From the NCBI GenBank assembly GCA_035504595.1, contig DATJRQ010000018.1, positions 80,143-144,142 of the forward strand: a stretch of DNA of 64,000 nucleotides, written 5' to 3'. The notes beneath the pieces were generated by a model. The model worked only from the letters and a program-made list of their open reading frames with translations. It had not been told where the DNA came from and did not search any database. The stretch is from Thermoplasmata archaeon. Its GTDB lineage: Archaea > Thermoplasmatota > Thermoplasmata > Lutacidiplasmatales > UBA184. This document shows, piece by piece, positions 1 through 8,628 of the stretch. Position 1 is the stretch's first letter. Every line of letters starts with the position of its first letter. The position numbers and the translations under genes are program-made.

Positions 1-424
1 CCGGCTCGTGGACCATCGCGAGCAGCGGTTCCAGGTAGAACGTCGAGTCGCACCGGTAGAGGTACGTGTTGAGCGGCTCGGGCGGTTCGACGATGAACGT
101 CACCGATTCGGACTTGTCGGCACCGATCGCCTTCGAGCCGACGAAGAACGCGACGCCGTTCGCGGGCGGCTCCTTGTACTGCCGCACGCGACCCATGAGC
201 GATTCGATCGCCCACATCACGTTCTTCCGGGTCGTCCGGCTCTTGATGTTCGAACTCTGCGCGTACTCGTTCCGCAGGTACGACATCACGTCGGAGACCT
301 GCTTGCCGGGCGATACGTACAGGCTGACGAGCTCGGTCGCCCGCCCGCGCACCGCCGCGATCTCGTCGAGCTTTCGCTGGAAGGAGTAGCGAGCGAGTTC
401 CTGGTCGCCCGAGACGGCGCTCAC
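1..424 (-). CDS. prf1: peptide chain release factor aRF1, N-terminal ~141 codons (3' end lies beyond window start)
   Basis: Not in the ORF track because it runs off the window. Hand translation of the minus strand from GTG at 424 gives VSAVSGDQELARYSFQRKLDEIAAVRGRATELVSLYVSPGKQVSDVMSYLRNEYAQSSNIKS... The universal eRF1/aRF1 NIKS motif is present. The in-frame YxCxxxF motif (YRCDSTF YLEPLL) lies near position 58. Confidence 0.85.
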   Translation of the reverse strand, partial: MSAVSGDQELARYSFQRKLDEIAAVRGRATELVSLYVSPGKQVSDVMSYLRNEYAQSSNIKSRTTRKNVMWAIESLMGRVRQYKEPPANGVAFFVGSKAIGADKSESVTFIVEPPEPLNTYLYRCDSTFYLEPLLAMVHEP

Positions 425-519
425 TGCGCGGCCCCCCTCGAGGCGATCGGGACGTGGCGCCGGCTCTCAGGTCGCGCCGCTACCGAACCGGTGCGGCGCC
501 CGTGCCCCGGGCGGGAGAG

Positions 520-837
520 TCAGAGCAGTCGGCGGACGTGCTCGTCGATGACCTCTTCGGGGTACGCGCCCACGATGCGGTCGACCAGCTTCCCCTGCTT
601 GTAGAACAGGAGGGTCGGGATGCTCATGATGCCGAGGGCGCCGGCCTTCTCGCCGTTGTCGTCCGAGTTCATCTTTCCGAACGCGACCTTGCCCTTGTAC
701 TTCTCGCTCAGGCGGTCGACGATCGGCGACACCATCCGGCACGGCCCGCACCACGGTGCCCAGACGTCGACGACGACCGCGGAGTTTTCCTGCGCGAACT
801 TGTCGAAGCCGGGGCCCCCGATTTCCTGGACGACCAT
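520..837 (-). CDS. trxA: thioredoxin
   Basis: Track ORF 520..918(-) with WCGPC active site. The internal ATG at 837 (MVVQEIGGPGFDKF...) gives a thioredoxin-sized ~105-aa product. Confidence 0.9.
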   Translation of the reverse strand: MVVQEIGGPGFDKFAQENSAVVVDVWAPWCGPCRMVSPIVDRLSEKYKGKVAFGKMNSDDNGEKAGALGIMSIPTLLFYKQGKLVDRIVGAYPEEVIDEHVRRLL

Positions 838-868
838 GGAGATTACCGATTCCTTCGAGGGCGGCCGG

Positions 869-876
869 TTATAAAA
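869..876 (-). promoter_or_regulatory. TATA-like box (TTTTATAA on minus strand) upstream of trxA
   Basis: Isolated A/T octamer in GC-rich spacer, about 32 nt upstream of the ATG at 837. Confidence 0.4.
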
Positions 877-983
877 TCGTTCGCGCGCCCCGACGCCACC
901 TGACGGCGCGCACCGCACTCGCCGGGTCCCTGCGCGGGACGCAATCCATCAGGTTCTTACTCTGTGTCGCCTTATCCTAGGTC

Positions 984-1817
984 GTGACGTATTCTTCCCC
1001 CCTTTCTGGTGCGCCAGCGCCATCGACCGAGCTGTCCCCCGCCGACGGCGAAGCGGTTCCCGTCTTCCTCGCCCGCACGAGCCGGCCCCCCTCGCTGCTG
1101 ACGCCGGCGGCGCGCAAGGGGATCCGCCAACGGATGCTGCTGCTGCGGCAGGCGAGCCTCGACCAGATCGCCCGCCTCTCCGGCGCGGGGCCCGCGGACC
1201 TCGCGAGGTTCCGACGGGACCTCCGGGCGAGCGACCTCCCCGATACCCTCCTCGAGCGCGGGGCGGGCCTCGCGTTCGCCCACGAACTCCCCCAGGGGGC
1301 CCTTTTGTACCTCCTCGTCCGCGCCGCGCGTCCTCGCACCGTGATCGAGACCGGCGTGCGCCCGGGCTACTCCACCGCGTGGATCCTCTCGGCGCTCGCC
1401 GCCAACGGATCCGGTTCCCTCATTTCGCTGGGTCCGGGGCCGGTCGCCGGGCGGAGCGCCGGGGTTCGGGACGTCGGCGTCGGCCAGTTCGTTCCGCCCG
1501 CGTTGCGATCTCGTTGGACGCTCGCGCTCGGGAACACCACGGACCGACTGCGCGAACTGCTCGCTCGAGCGGGGCCGGTCGACCTGTTCTTCTACGACAA
1601 CGGACCGGAGCTCGCCCGCGCCCGCTTCGAACTTCGGGCCGCGTGGGAGGTGCTCTCACCGACCGGGATCCTGCTCGCGCACCACATCGACGCGAATGCG
1701 GCGTGGAGAGAGCTGTGCCAACTGCAGGGCCTCCCGCCCCAGGTGTTCGACGCCGGCCCCCCTCCGATGGGGGCCCTCGGGATGCGCCGCGGACCCGGCG
1801 GTCGCGGGAGCGCCTAG
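984..1817 (+). CDS. class I SAM-dependent methyltransferase (O-methyltransferase-like)
   Basis: Track ORF with a Rossmann-type stretch VIETGVRPGYSTAWIL and a later DLFFYD acidic motif. Start is uncertain: GTG 984, or ATG 1134 which gives ~227 aa. Confidence 0.6.
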   Translation: MTYSSPLSGAPAPSTELSPADGEAVPVFLARTSRPPSLLTPAARKGIRQRMLLLRQASLDQIARLSGAGPADLARFRRDLRASDLPDTLLERGAGLAFAHELPQGALLYLLVRAARPRTVIETGVRPGYSTAWILSALAANGSGSLISLGPGPVAGRSAGVRDVGVGQFVPPALRSRWTLALGNTTDRLRELLARAGPVDLFFYDNGPELARARFELRAAWEVLSPTGILLAHHIDANAAWRELCQLQGLPPQVFDAGPPPMGALGMRRGPGGRGSA

Positions 1818-2341
1818 CGCTCGAGTTCCTCGACCAGGTGGATCGCGGCGGGCAGGATCAGCTTTTCGAGGGCGGTCCGAACGGCCCGCTCGCTCCCGGG
1901 CAGCGCGAAGACCGGCTTGCCGTGGAGGAGGTAGAGCGCGGCCCGGCTGATGATCGCGAGCGGCCCGACCTCCTGGTAGCTGACCGACCGGTAGATCTCG
2001 CCGAATCCCTCGAGCTTCTTTCCGCCCATTGTCTCGAGCGCGTTGACGGTGAGGTCGCGGGAGCTCACGCCCGTCCCCCCGACGGTGACGAGGCATTCGA
2101 CGGCGTGTTCCGCGAGCCACGGCTCGAGCTGGTCGCGCGCGTCCGCGATCGAGTTCGCGACGAGCGCGTAGTGGAGGACCTTGTGACCGGCCTTGCCGAT
2201 CAGTTCCTGGGCCAGTCGACCCGATGGGTCGTCCTCGATCGTGTGGGTGTCGGAAACGGACAGGACGCCGAAGCCGAGCGAGCGTGTCCCTCCGAGATGG
2301 TGGCGGCCGGCGCTCGTGGTGGGGGGACTCGATTCGCTCAT
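1814..2341 (-). CDS. moaB: molybdenum cofactor biosynthesis protein B (MoaB/MogA fold)
   Basis: Track ORF with motif VTVGGTGVSSRD. Its start overlaps the moaC stop by 4 nt, indicating an operon. Confidence 0.85.
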   Translation of the reverse strand: MSESSPPTTSAGRHHLGGTRSLGFGVLSVSDTHTIEDDPSGRLAQELIGKAGHKVLHYALVANSIADARDQLEPWLAEHAVECLVTVGGTGVSSRDLTVNALETMGGKKLEGFGEIYRSVSYQEVGPLAIISRAALYLLHGKPVFALPGSERAVRTALEKLILPAAIHLVEELER

Positions 2342-2787
2342 GTCCTTCGGAGGCGGCGCTTCCTCTTCGCCGCGACGCGAATCGGGCCGAGGGATGTCCG
2401 CGGATAAAGTCCGCGGTCGTTCTTCTCGAGGTATTTCACCATGTCCCAGACGGTCAGCAGCGCGACGGTTGCGCCGACGAGGGCTTCCATCTCGACGCCA
2501 GTCCGGTCGACCGCCTCCGCCTGGGCACGCACCCGGACCCCTCGCGTCGACACCGAGAGCTCGACCTCGCTCGCGCTCAGCGGGACAACGTGGCAGTGGG
2601 GGATCAGGTCCGGGGTCCTTTTCATGGCGAGGAGGCCGGCCATCTCGCCGGCACCGATCGGATCGCCTTTCGCCACCCGTCCCGCGCGCACCGCTCGCCG
2701 GGTCGGGGCCGATAGCGCGAGCTCTCCCACGACCACCGCGGTCCGGTGGAGTCGCTCCTTCGCCCCGACGTCCGCCTGGCGCGCCAT
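2338..2787 (-). CDS. moaC: cyclic pyranopterin monophosphate synthase MoaC
   Basis: Last 149 codons of track ORF 2338..3747(-), starting at ATG 2787 (MARQADVGAKERLHRTAVV...). MoaC-like segments LIPHCHVVPL and VEMEALVGATVALLTVWDM are present. Confidence 0.9.
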   Translation of the reverse strand: MARQADVGAKERLHRTAVVVGELALSAPTRRAVRAGRVAKGDPIGAGEMAGLLAMKRTPDLIPHCHVVPLSASEVELSVSTRGVRVRAQAEAVDRTGVEMEALVGATVALLTVWDMVKYLEKNDRGLYPRTSLGPIRVAAKRKRRLRRT

Positions 2788-2789
2788 GG

Positions 2790-3773
2790 TCACGAGCGCG
2801 CCGGGGGCCCCGCGGCGAGATGGGCGAGCACGGCCTCCAACTGCACGCGTTCTCCCGCCCCCTGGGCGAGCCGGAAGTCCACTTCGGCCAGGTACTCCAC
2901 GAGCCGGATCTTGTCCCGCGGAGGCAGTACCTTGTCGTCGATCTCGGGAAGGTAGCTGTGCATCGCCTTCAGGATCTCCTCGCCCGCAGCCCCCCGGTCG
3001 GTGAACAGGGCGTAGAGTCGGGACCGGGCTCCGACGAAATCCCCGCTGAGCGCTGCCCCCAGCATCCCCTCGACCTCCCGGCGAAGCGGGATCGTCGCGT
3101 TCTCTTGAACGGTCTTCGCGGTCACGTGGTCGGCGTGCGTGGCGGTGAGCTGAAGCAGGTTGATCGCCCGGCGCATGTCGCCGCTGCTCGCCGCGAGGAT
3201 CGCGTCGTACGCCTCCGCGTCCACCCGCTTCCCTTCGGACTTTGCGATCCGCTCGAGCTGTTCCCGGATCGCGGCGGTCGAGTAGGCGCGGAACCGGAAC
3301 ACCGCGCAACGGGACTGGATCGGTTCGATGATCCGCGACGAATAGTTGCAGGACAGGATGAACCGGCACGAGCCGGAGTACCGCTCCATGAGGCGCCGAA
3401 GGGACGCCTGGGCCTCGGCGGTGAGGTTGTCGGCCTCGTCCAGGAGCAGCAGCTTGAAGCTGACCCCCCCGAGCGGCGACGTTCGAGCGTACCCCTTGAT
3501 CGTCGTTCGAACGGTCTCGATGCCGCGTTCGTCGCTGCTGTTCAACTCGAGGAAGTTCTGCCGCCATTCGGCGCCGTACAGGTCGCGTGCGAGGGCGAGC
3601 GCGGCGGTGGTCTTGCCGGTGCCGGGCGGGCCGGCGAACATCAGGTGAGGGAGGGACTTCTTCTCCGCATACGACCGCAGCAGCGGGACGATCGTGTCCT
3701 GCCCCAGCATGTCGCGAAGCGATTGGGGGCGGTACTTCTCGACCCACACCGCTTCGGTCGTACGGCCGGCCAT
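2790..3773 (-). CDS. rfcS: replication factor C small subunit
   Basis: Track ORF 2790..4052(-), real start ATG 3773 (MAGRTTEAVWVEKYRPQSL). Walker A GPPGTGKT, Walker B LLLDEADNLT and SRC motif QSRCAVFRF are present. Confidence 0.95.
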   Translation of the reverse strand: MAGRTTEAVWVEKYRPQSLRDMLGQDTIVPLLRSYAEKKSLPHLMFAGPPGTGKTTAALALARDLYGAEWRQNFLELNSSDERGIETVRTTIKGYARTSPLGGVSFKLLLLDEADNLTAEAQASLRRLMERYSGSCRFILSCNYSSRIIEPIQSRCAVFRFRAYSTAAIREQLERIAKSEGKRVDAEAYDAILAASSGDMRRAINLLQLTATHADHVTAKTVQENATIPLRREVEGMLGAALSGDFVGARSRLYALFTDRGAAGEEILKAMHSYLPEIDDKVLPPRDKIRLVEYLAEVDFRLAQGAGERVQLEAVLAHLAAGPPARS

Positions 3774-3822
3774 CGCTCTCGGCCCGCTTCCCGGCGGCGC
3801 CTCTTTAGCGTTGCCCGCGGGG

Positions 3823-4269
3823 TCAAAGGCGCCCCGATGGTACGGCCGCCCTCCGACCCTCCAGGTACGCCCGTTCGTCCGCGCGGTGGCGGCGGAGCGA
3901 TTCGGCGAACACCCGGCCATACTGGCCGAGGGCCTGACGGTGCCCGCCGTGATCTTCCTGCGCCACGATCCGGAAGAACCAGTCGAGCTGCTCGTTCGAG
4001 GTCGCGAACCACGCATGGTCCGCTCGAAGCAGGGCCCGGGCCTCGGACGCACGGCCGCGCGGCGGCTCGGTGGCGTCGAGGCGGCGCGCGAACTCCCGAA
4101 CGTGTCGCTCGACCCGGCGCTCGAACGTCCGGACCGCGTGCTCCACGTCAGGGAGGGGGTACTCGGCGAGTCGGACGAGGTCGGAGCTCAGGCGCTCGAA
4201 CCAGTCCACCGCCGCATCGAAATCGTCCGGAACGGAGGGGATCCCCTCGGTCCGGTCGCGGGCGGTCAC
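3823..4269 (-). CDS. hypothetical protein (helical, acidic/aromatic-rich; function unknown)
   Basis: Track ORF with normal, non-artefactual amino-acid composition (W, F, D, E, H). No motif recognised with confidence. Confidence 0.5.
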   Translation of the reverse strand: MTARDRTEGIPSVPDDFDAAVDWFERLSSDLVRLAEYPLPDVEHAVRTFERRVERHVREFARRLDATEPPRGRASEARALLRADHAWFATSNEQLDWFFRIVAQEDHGGHRQALGQYGRVFAESLRRHRADERAYLEGRRAAVPSGRL

Positions 4270-4576
4270 CTCCGGTATCTCCGGCGGGTCGGCTAATCGG
4301 TTGCGGGCCGACGGTCACTCACCGGTCGTGAGTGTCGCCGGTGCGGGCCTCCCGTGCGCTGGGCCCTTGGTGATGGTCCGCCTCCCTCCTCTCGATGAAC
4401 GCCTTCGTGACCCGAAACGCCCTCGAGAGTGCCTCGATCCGCCGACCGAACCCCGTGCCCCCGACGTCCGACACCGGAGTCGAAGCGGTGCGCGCCGAGC
4501 CGCGCGGCTGGTTCGCCCGCCGCGCTCGCCCCGCCCACCCTCGCGCCAAATAGGAGACCGGCCTCGGGCGGGGGTC

Positions 4577-5467
4577 GTGACTCCCCCGCCCACGTTCCGG
4601 GACGGATACGCCACGGTCCACGGCTACCGATTCTTCTGGACGAGTTGCGGTGACCCGGGACCTTCCGGCACGATCGTGACCCTCCACGGCGGACCCGGGG
4701 GCACGTACGACTACCTCCTCTCGCTCGCCGACATGGCGGCGCACGGGTATCGCGTCATCTTCTACGACCAGCTCGGGTGCGGCAAGTCCGACCGGCCCCG
4801 GGACGACGCGGACTACACGGTCGACCGGGACGTGGCCGACCTCGAGGAGTTCTGCCGGGTGCTCGGGATCGAGCGGATGCATCTCCTGGGGTCCAGCTAC
4901 GGCGGTATGCTGGCAATCGCCTACGCGCTCGCGCACCGCTCTCGGCTCCGCACGATGACGATCGCGAGCGGCCTGGCGAGCGTTCCGCTCACGGTCCGGG
5001 AAATGTATCGGTTGACCCGCGAACTCCCGCCTCCGTTGCCCGCCTTCCTCGACCGGCACGAGGCGAGAGGCGAGTTTCAGCACCCGGAGTACCTCGCGGC
5101 CGTCGGGGAGTTCTACCGTCGCCACCTGTGCCGCCTCTCGCCCTGGCCCCCCGAGGTGACGTACACGCTCGAGCACGGCCTCTCCGACAAGTATCGGATC
5201 ATGAACGGACCGAACGAGTTCACGATCACCGGCCGGATCCACGATTACGACGCGACCCCCCGGCTCGGCGAGATCCGGATACCCACCCTGATCACGGTGG
5301 GCCGGTACGACGAAGTGACGCCGACGGTGGCCGAAGCGATCCATCGGGGGATTCCGGGCTCCGAGCTCGAACTCTTCCCCGAGAGCTCTCACACCGCGTT
5401 CTGGGAGGAACGGGAGCGGTACATGGCGCGGCTCGCAAGATTCCTCGCCGCCCACCCCGAGCCGTAG
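4577..5467 (+). CDS. pip: proline iminopeptidase (alpha/beta hydrolase, tricorn-interacting factor F1-like)
   Basis: C-terminal 296 codons of track ORF 4070..5467, from in-frame GTG 4577 (VTPPPTFRDGYATVHGY...). HGGPG oxyanion motif, nucleophile elbow GSSYGG, and NGPNEFTITG and PTLITVGRYDEVTP blocks recall Thermoplasma F1 from memory. Confidence 0.85.
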   Translation: MTPPPTFRDGYATVHGYRFFWTSCGDPGPSGTIVTLHGGPGGTYDYLLSLADMAAHGYRVIFYDQLGCGKSDRPRDDADYTVDRDVADLEEFCRVLGIERMHLLGSSYGGMLAIAYALAHRSRLRTMTIASGLASVPLTVREMYRLTRELPPPLPAFLDRHEARGEFQHPEYLAAVGEFYRRHLCRLSPWPPEVTYTLEHGLSDKYRIMNGPNEFTITGRIHDYDATPRLGEIRIPTLITVGRYDEVTPTVAEAIHRGIPGSELELFPESSHTAFWEERERYMARLARFLAAHPEP

Positions 5468-5480
5468 CCCGGGCGCCGGG

Positions 5481-6491
5481 TCACGACGTCCCGCCGCCCG
5501 CGGCACCGATCGGCACCCGCACGGGAGCGCGCGCCTCGATGGTTCGATGCAGTCGATACAGGAGGTACACGAAGAGCGCCGAAACGAGGAGGATTCCCGG
5601 TACGGTGAATTCGACGATCACGTCCCAGGCGAACAGGACCCCGAGCATTCCGCTGGCAAAGTAGAATTTCGAGCGGTCGAGGTCGGTCGTTCCCACGCGT
5701 CGGACGATGACGAGGATCGCGCCGAGCGACACGCCCGCCACGACGACGCCCGCGACGACCGCGGGAACGCGGTCCCCGCTGCTCGAGAGGATCAGGACCG
5801 ACGTCCAGCCGAGGAAGAACAGCGCGCCGTCGAGCGCGAGGCCCCACGACCCGATGCGCGACGGGCCGGGTCTCACGCGCAGCAGGTCCGCCGGCACGAG
5901 GATCGCGAGCGCGATCAGCGCCGCGATGAGCGCGAGGAACAGCGCGAGCAAGGCGGGGCTCGGACCGTATCCCACGACGAGCGCGAAGAGCGCCACGACC
6001 GCGACGTAGATCGTCGCCACGAGGGCGACCGCGCCGCGGTCCAGCCATCGGACCGCCTTGACGGCCGGGAACCACAGCTGCACGAGGAGGATCGGCAAGG
6101 CGATCGAATAGACGGCGTGGAACGCGCTGAGCCCCAGCGCCCACAACCAGTTCACACCGAACGCGTGCCCGTACCACCCAAGCGCGTCCACCGGCGCTCG
6201 TCCCGCGGGCTCGAAGAAGGTGTGGACGGCCAGCCCCTCCTCCGCGATGCCGTACGCCGCCCCGAGGAGAAGGATCGTCGCCCACCCCTTGTGGAAATAC
6301 ACCGTGAACTCTCGGATCAGGAGCGCGCCGGTGCCGTAGAGCCCTACGATCCCGAGGAACGATATCGCGAAGGCGAGCGGGTCGAAAAACAGCGTGGTGA
6401 TCGGGGTCGATCCGGTCAGGAGCTCGGGAATGGAGGGGGCGAGCAGGAGCAGCGCGAGCACCGGGAGACGAGGCCGGATCTCGATGCGCAC
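5481..6491 (-). CDS. polytopic integral membrane protein, unknown function
   Basis: Track ORF with about 9-10 hydrophobic helices and no recognised motif. Start GTG 6491; alternative GTG 6461. Confidence 0.7.
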   Translation of the reverse strand: MRIEIRPRLPVLALLLLAPSIPELLTGSTPITTLFFDPLAFAISFLGIVGLYGTGALLIREFTVYFHKGWATILLLGAAYGIAEEGLAVHTFFEPAGRAPVDALGWYGHAFGVNWLWALGLSAFHAVYSIALPILLVQLWFPAVKAVRWLDRGAVALVATIYVAVVALFALVVGYGPSPALLALFLALIAALIALAILVPADLLRVRPGPSRIGSWGLALDGALFFLGWTSVLILSSSGDRVPAVVAGVVVAGVSLGAILVIVRRVGTTDLDRSKFYFASGMLGVLFAWDVIVEFTVPGILLVSALFVYLLYRLHRTIEARAPVRVPIGAAGGGTS

Positions 6492-6550
6492 GGTTCTGTT
6501 TCGGAACGCCGCCTACTTGAAGCCGACGGACGGAGGAGCGACCGAGCGGG

Positions 6551-6558
6551 ATTATATT
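6551..6558 (+). promoter_or_regulatory. TATA-like box ATTATATT upstream of sppA
   Basis: Strong A/T octamer about 31 nt upstream of in-frame GTG 6589. Third-position GC between 6484 and 6588 is only about 72 percent by hand count, versus about 90 percent in clear coding regions. Confidence 0.45.
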
Positions 6559-6588
6559 CGCCTCCGAGCTCGAAGGTCGGAGCCCACC

Positions 6589-7383
6589 GTGCGGGAGCAG
6601 CTGGCGTACGTCGCGTTTCGCGGCACGATCCGCGAGCGGACGGTCGAGCCGTACTTGCGCATCCTGCGCGGCCTCCGCGAGCGCCGCCGCGTGAAGGGCG
6701 TCCTCCTCGACATCTCGAGCGGCGGGGGGGAGTCGATCGCCTCGACCGATTTTTACCTCGGGGTCAAGCGGCTCGACTCGGTGAAGCCCGTGGTCGCATC
6801 GATCGGAGCGATGGGGGCCTCGGGGGCGTACATGGCGGCCCTCGGAGCGCGGCGGATCTTCGCGTATCCGGAGAGCGCGGTCGGTTCGATCGGCGTGATC
6901 TATCCCCACGTGGCCGTCCGGGACCTCCTGCGCCGGCTCGGGGTCTCAGTCGAACTGCTCCATGCCGGCGAGCACAAGGACGCTTACCAGGGGTATCGTC
7001 CGCTGACCGACACGGAGCGGGCGAAGTTGCAATCGGTCGTGCAGGAAGGATACGACAACTTCGTGGGCCTCGTGGCCCGGGAGCGGAAGCGGCCGGTCGA
7101 GGAGATCCGGGGCCTGGCCACGGGAGAATTCTGGACCGGTTTCCGGGCGATGCAGCTCGGGCTCGTGGACGCGTTGGGCGACCACGAGACGGCGCTCGAG
7201 GAGCTCTCGAAGATGACGGGCGTCAGCGTCCGCAAGTCGGTCCGGGTCGCGCCCCCCCGGTCGTTCCTGGAGCGGTTCTTCTCCGGTGGCGCGGGCGCGA
7301 TGGCCGGCGGGATCGCGACGCGGGTCCACGAGTCGCTCGAGGATTCGATCCTCGACCCCGGCGGTTTCGGACTGCTCCGCTAG
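6589..7383 (+). CDS. sppA: signal peptide peptidase SppA-like (36K type, ClpP/crotonase fold)
   Basis: Track ORF 6394..7383 with motifs VLLDISSGGGES and GAMGASGAYMAA (SppA Ser region). Preferred start is GTG 6589 (REQLAYVAFRGTI); alternative ATG 6484. Confidence 0.8.
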   Translation: MREQLAYVAFRGTIRERTVEPYLRILRGLRERRRVKGVLLDISSGGGESIASTDFYLGVKRLDSVKPVVASIGAMGASGAYMAALGARRIFAYPESAVGSIGVIYPHVAVRDLLRRLGVSVELLHAGEHKDAYQGYRPLTDTERAKLQSVVQEGYDNFVGLVARERKRPVEEIRGLATGEFWTGFRAMQLGLVDALGDHETALEELSKMTGVSVRKSVRVAPPRSFLERFFSGGAGAMAGGIATRVHESLEDSILDPGGFGLLR

Positions 7384-7401
7384 GCCGCGCGAGCCCGAGC
7401 G

Positions 7402-7408
7402 TTATATA
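7402..7408 (+). promoter_or_regulatory. TATA box TTATATA upstream of secG/sec61beta
   Basis: Located 27-33 nt upstream of ATG 7435, a leaderless-type spacing. Confidence 0.55.
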
Positions 7409-7434
7409 CCGGCGGGCGCGTCGGACCGGTGCCC

Positions 7435-7596
7435 ATGCCCGACAACAAGCGGTCCGGCTTCTCGAGCGCAGCCGGTCTCATCCAGTACTACGACATGGAG
7501 GAGACCCGGGCGCTCAAGGTCAACCCGTACATCGTCATGGGGCTCGGGATCTTCGCCGCGTTCTTCATCGAGTTCCTGAACTGGCGGCTTATCTAG
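7435..7596 (+). CDS. secG: preprotein translocase subunit Sec61beta (archaeal SecG)
   Basis: Not in the track (53 aa). Hand translation gives MPDNKRSGFSSAAGLIQYYDMEETRALKVNPYIVMGLGIFAAFFIEFLNWRLI*. The SSAGL(I/V)(R/Q)Y motif plus a C-terminal tail-anchor helix are typical of Sec61beta. Confidence 0.8.
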   Translation: MPDNKRSGFSSAAGLIQYYDMEETRALKVNPYIVMGLGIFAAFFIEFLNWRLI

Positions 7597-7597
7597 G

Positions 7598-8578
7598 TCA
7601 CGCGGACGCGCGGACCATCGGCAGGGCGACCTCGGTCGGGTCCCGCCCCGGCAAGTACCGGCCCACGGACCGGAGCCCGAGGAGGTACACCTTCGATTCG
7701 GGCGACTCGTCGAGCAGCAGATATCCGGTCCGCGCGGCGAGCCGCCGCGCGAACTCGCCGATCTCCTCGTGGGACGGCACGTGATCGCGTCCGAGCCGCT
7801 GCCGCGACTTTCCCATGTAGACGTATCCTTTCGGTTCGACGAAGTCGGGGCGGGCGAGGAGGTCCAGTTCCGCGTACTCGTCGACCCATCCCAGGTTCCA
7901 GCCTTTGACGAGGGTGTGCCGAACCACGCGACGGGTTCGGAGGTCCCGAACGATCTCCAGCGACTCGCGGAGCCGTGCCCACGCGTCCTCGTACGCCGGC
8001 AGCGTCAGCCGACGGAACACCTGCTCGTTCGGGGCCGTCACGGAGACGTACAGCTGGGTGGGCAGGGGGTCGAGGGCTCGGAGCGCGTCGGGATTGGTCC
8101 CGTTCGTGACCAGGAACGTCGTGATCCCGCGCTCGTGGCAGATCTCGAGGAATCGGTTCATCTTCGGGTAGAGGGTCGGCTCGCCGGTCAGCGAGATCGC
8201 GATGTGGCGCGGCGACTGGGACTCGTCCCACCGCTCGAGGTCGACCGACGGGTCGCCCTTGAACCCGGAGAGGATGCGCCGCTGCGCGTCGACCGACAGG
8301 TCGAGGAGCCGCTCCGGGTCGTCGTATTCGGGCATCACGGCGTCGTTCTCCCATCCCTGGTTTCGCCAGCAGAACCGGCAGTGGAGGTTGCACGAGTCGA
8401 TCGCCGGTGACATCTGGAGGCACCGGTGGCTCTCGATCCCGTAGAATCGCCCCTTGTAGCAATCGCGGCCGCGGACGAGCGACTCCCGCGTCCAGTAGCA
8501 GATCTTGACCGCGGCGTGCTTCCCGACGAGCTGGTATCCCTGGCCGACGAGCTCGCTCGAGAGGTCCTGGTCGCCCAT
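7598..8578 (-). CDS. taw1: tRNA 4-demethylwyosine synthase Taw1 (radical SAM, TYW1 homologue)
   Basis: Track ORF with radical-SAM CNLHCRFCW (CxxxCxxC). The N-terminal KICYWTRESL...CYK auxiliary-cluster region is typical of TYW1/Taw1. Confidence 0.9.
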   Translation of the reverse strand: MGDQDLSSELVGQGYQLVGKHAAVKICYWTRESLVRGRDCYKGRFYGIESHRCLQMSPAIDSCNLHCRFCWRNQGWENDAVMPEYDDPERLLDLSVDAQRRILSGFKGDPSVDLERWDESQSPRHIAISLTGEPTLYPKMNRFLEICHERGITTFLVTNGTNPDALRALDPLPTQLYVSVTAPNEQVFRRLTLPAYEDAWARLRESLEIVRDLRTRRVVRHTLVKGWNLGWVDEYAELDLLARPDFVEPKGYVYMGKSRQRLGRDHVPSHEEIGEFARRLAARTGYLLLDESPESKVYLLGLRSVGRYLPGRDPTEVALPMVRASA

Positions 8579-8628
8579 CGGCCAGGTCGCGACCGACCGG
8601 CGGGGGATAACGGTTTGCGACGGGCCGC

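Noticed and set aside
2193-4331. 712-aa plus-strand ORF, together with 5547..7784 (745 aa), 10423..12468 (681 aa), 24458..26062 (534 aa) and 50390..52225 (611 aa)
   Set aside because: All are antisense or out of frame relative to genes with clear catalytic motifs. All share the same R/G/P/A-rich composition.
4070-4576. N-terminal 169-codon extension of the proline iminopeptidase ORF, plus similar long extensions at 26104, 44483, 46741, 62478 and 30645
   Set aside because: The extensions are Arg/Pro/Ser-rich and lack similarity to the respective families. Internal starts give family-typical lengths and often have a TATA box or Shine-Dalgarno-like run in front.
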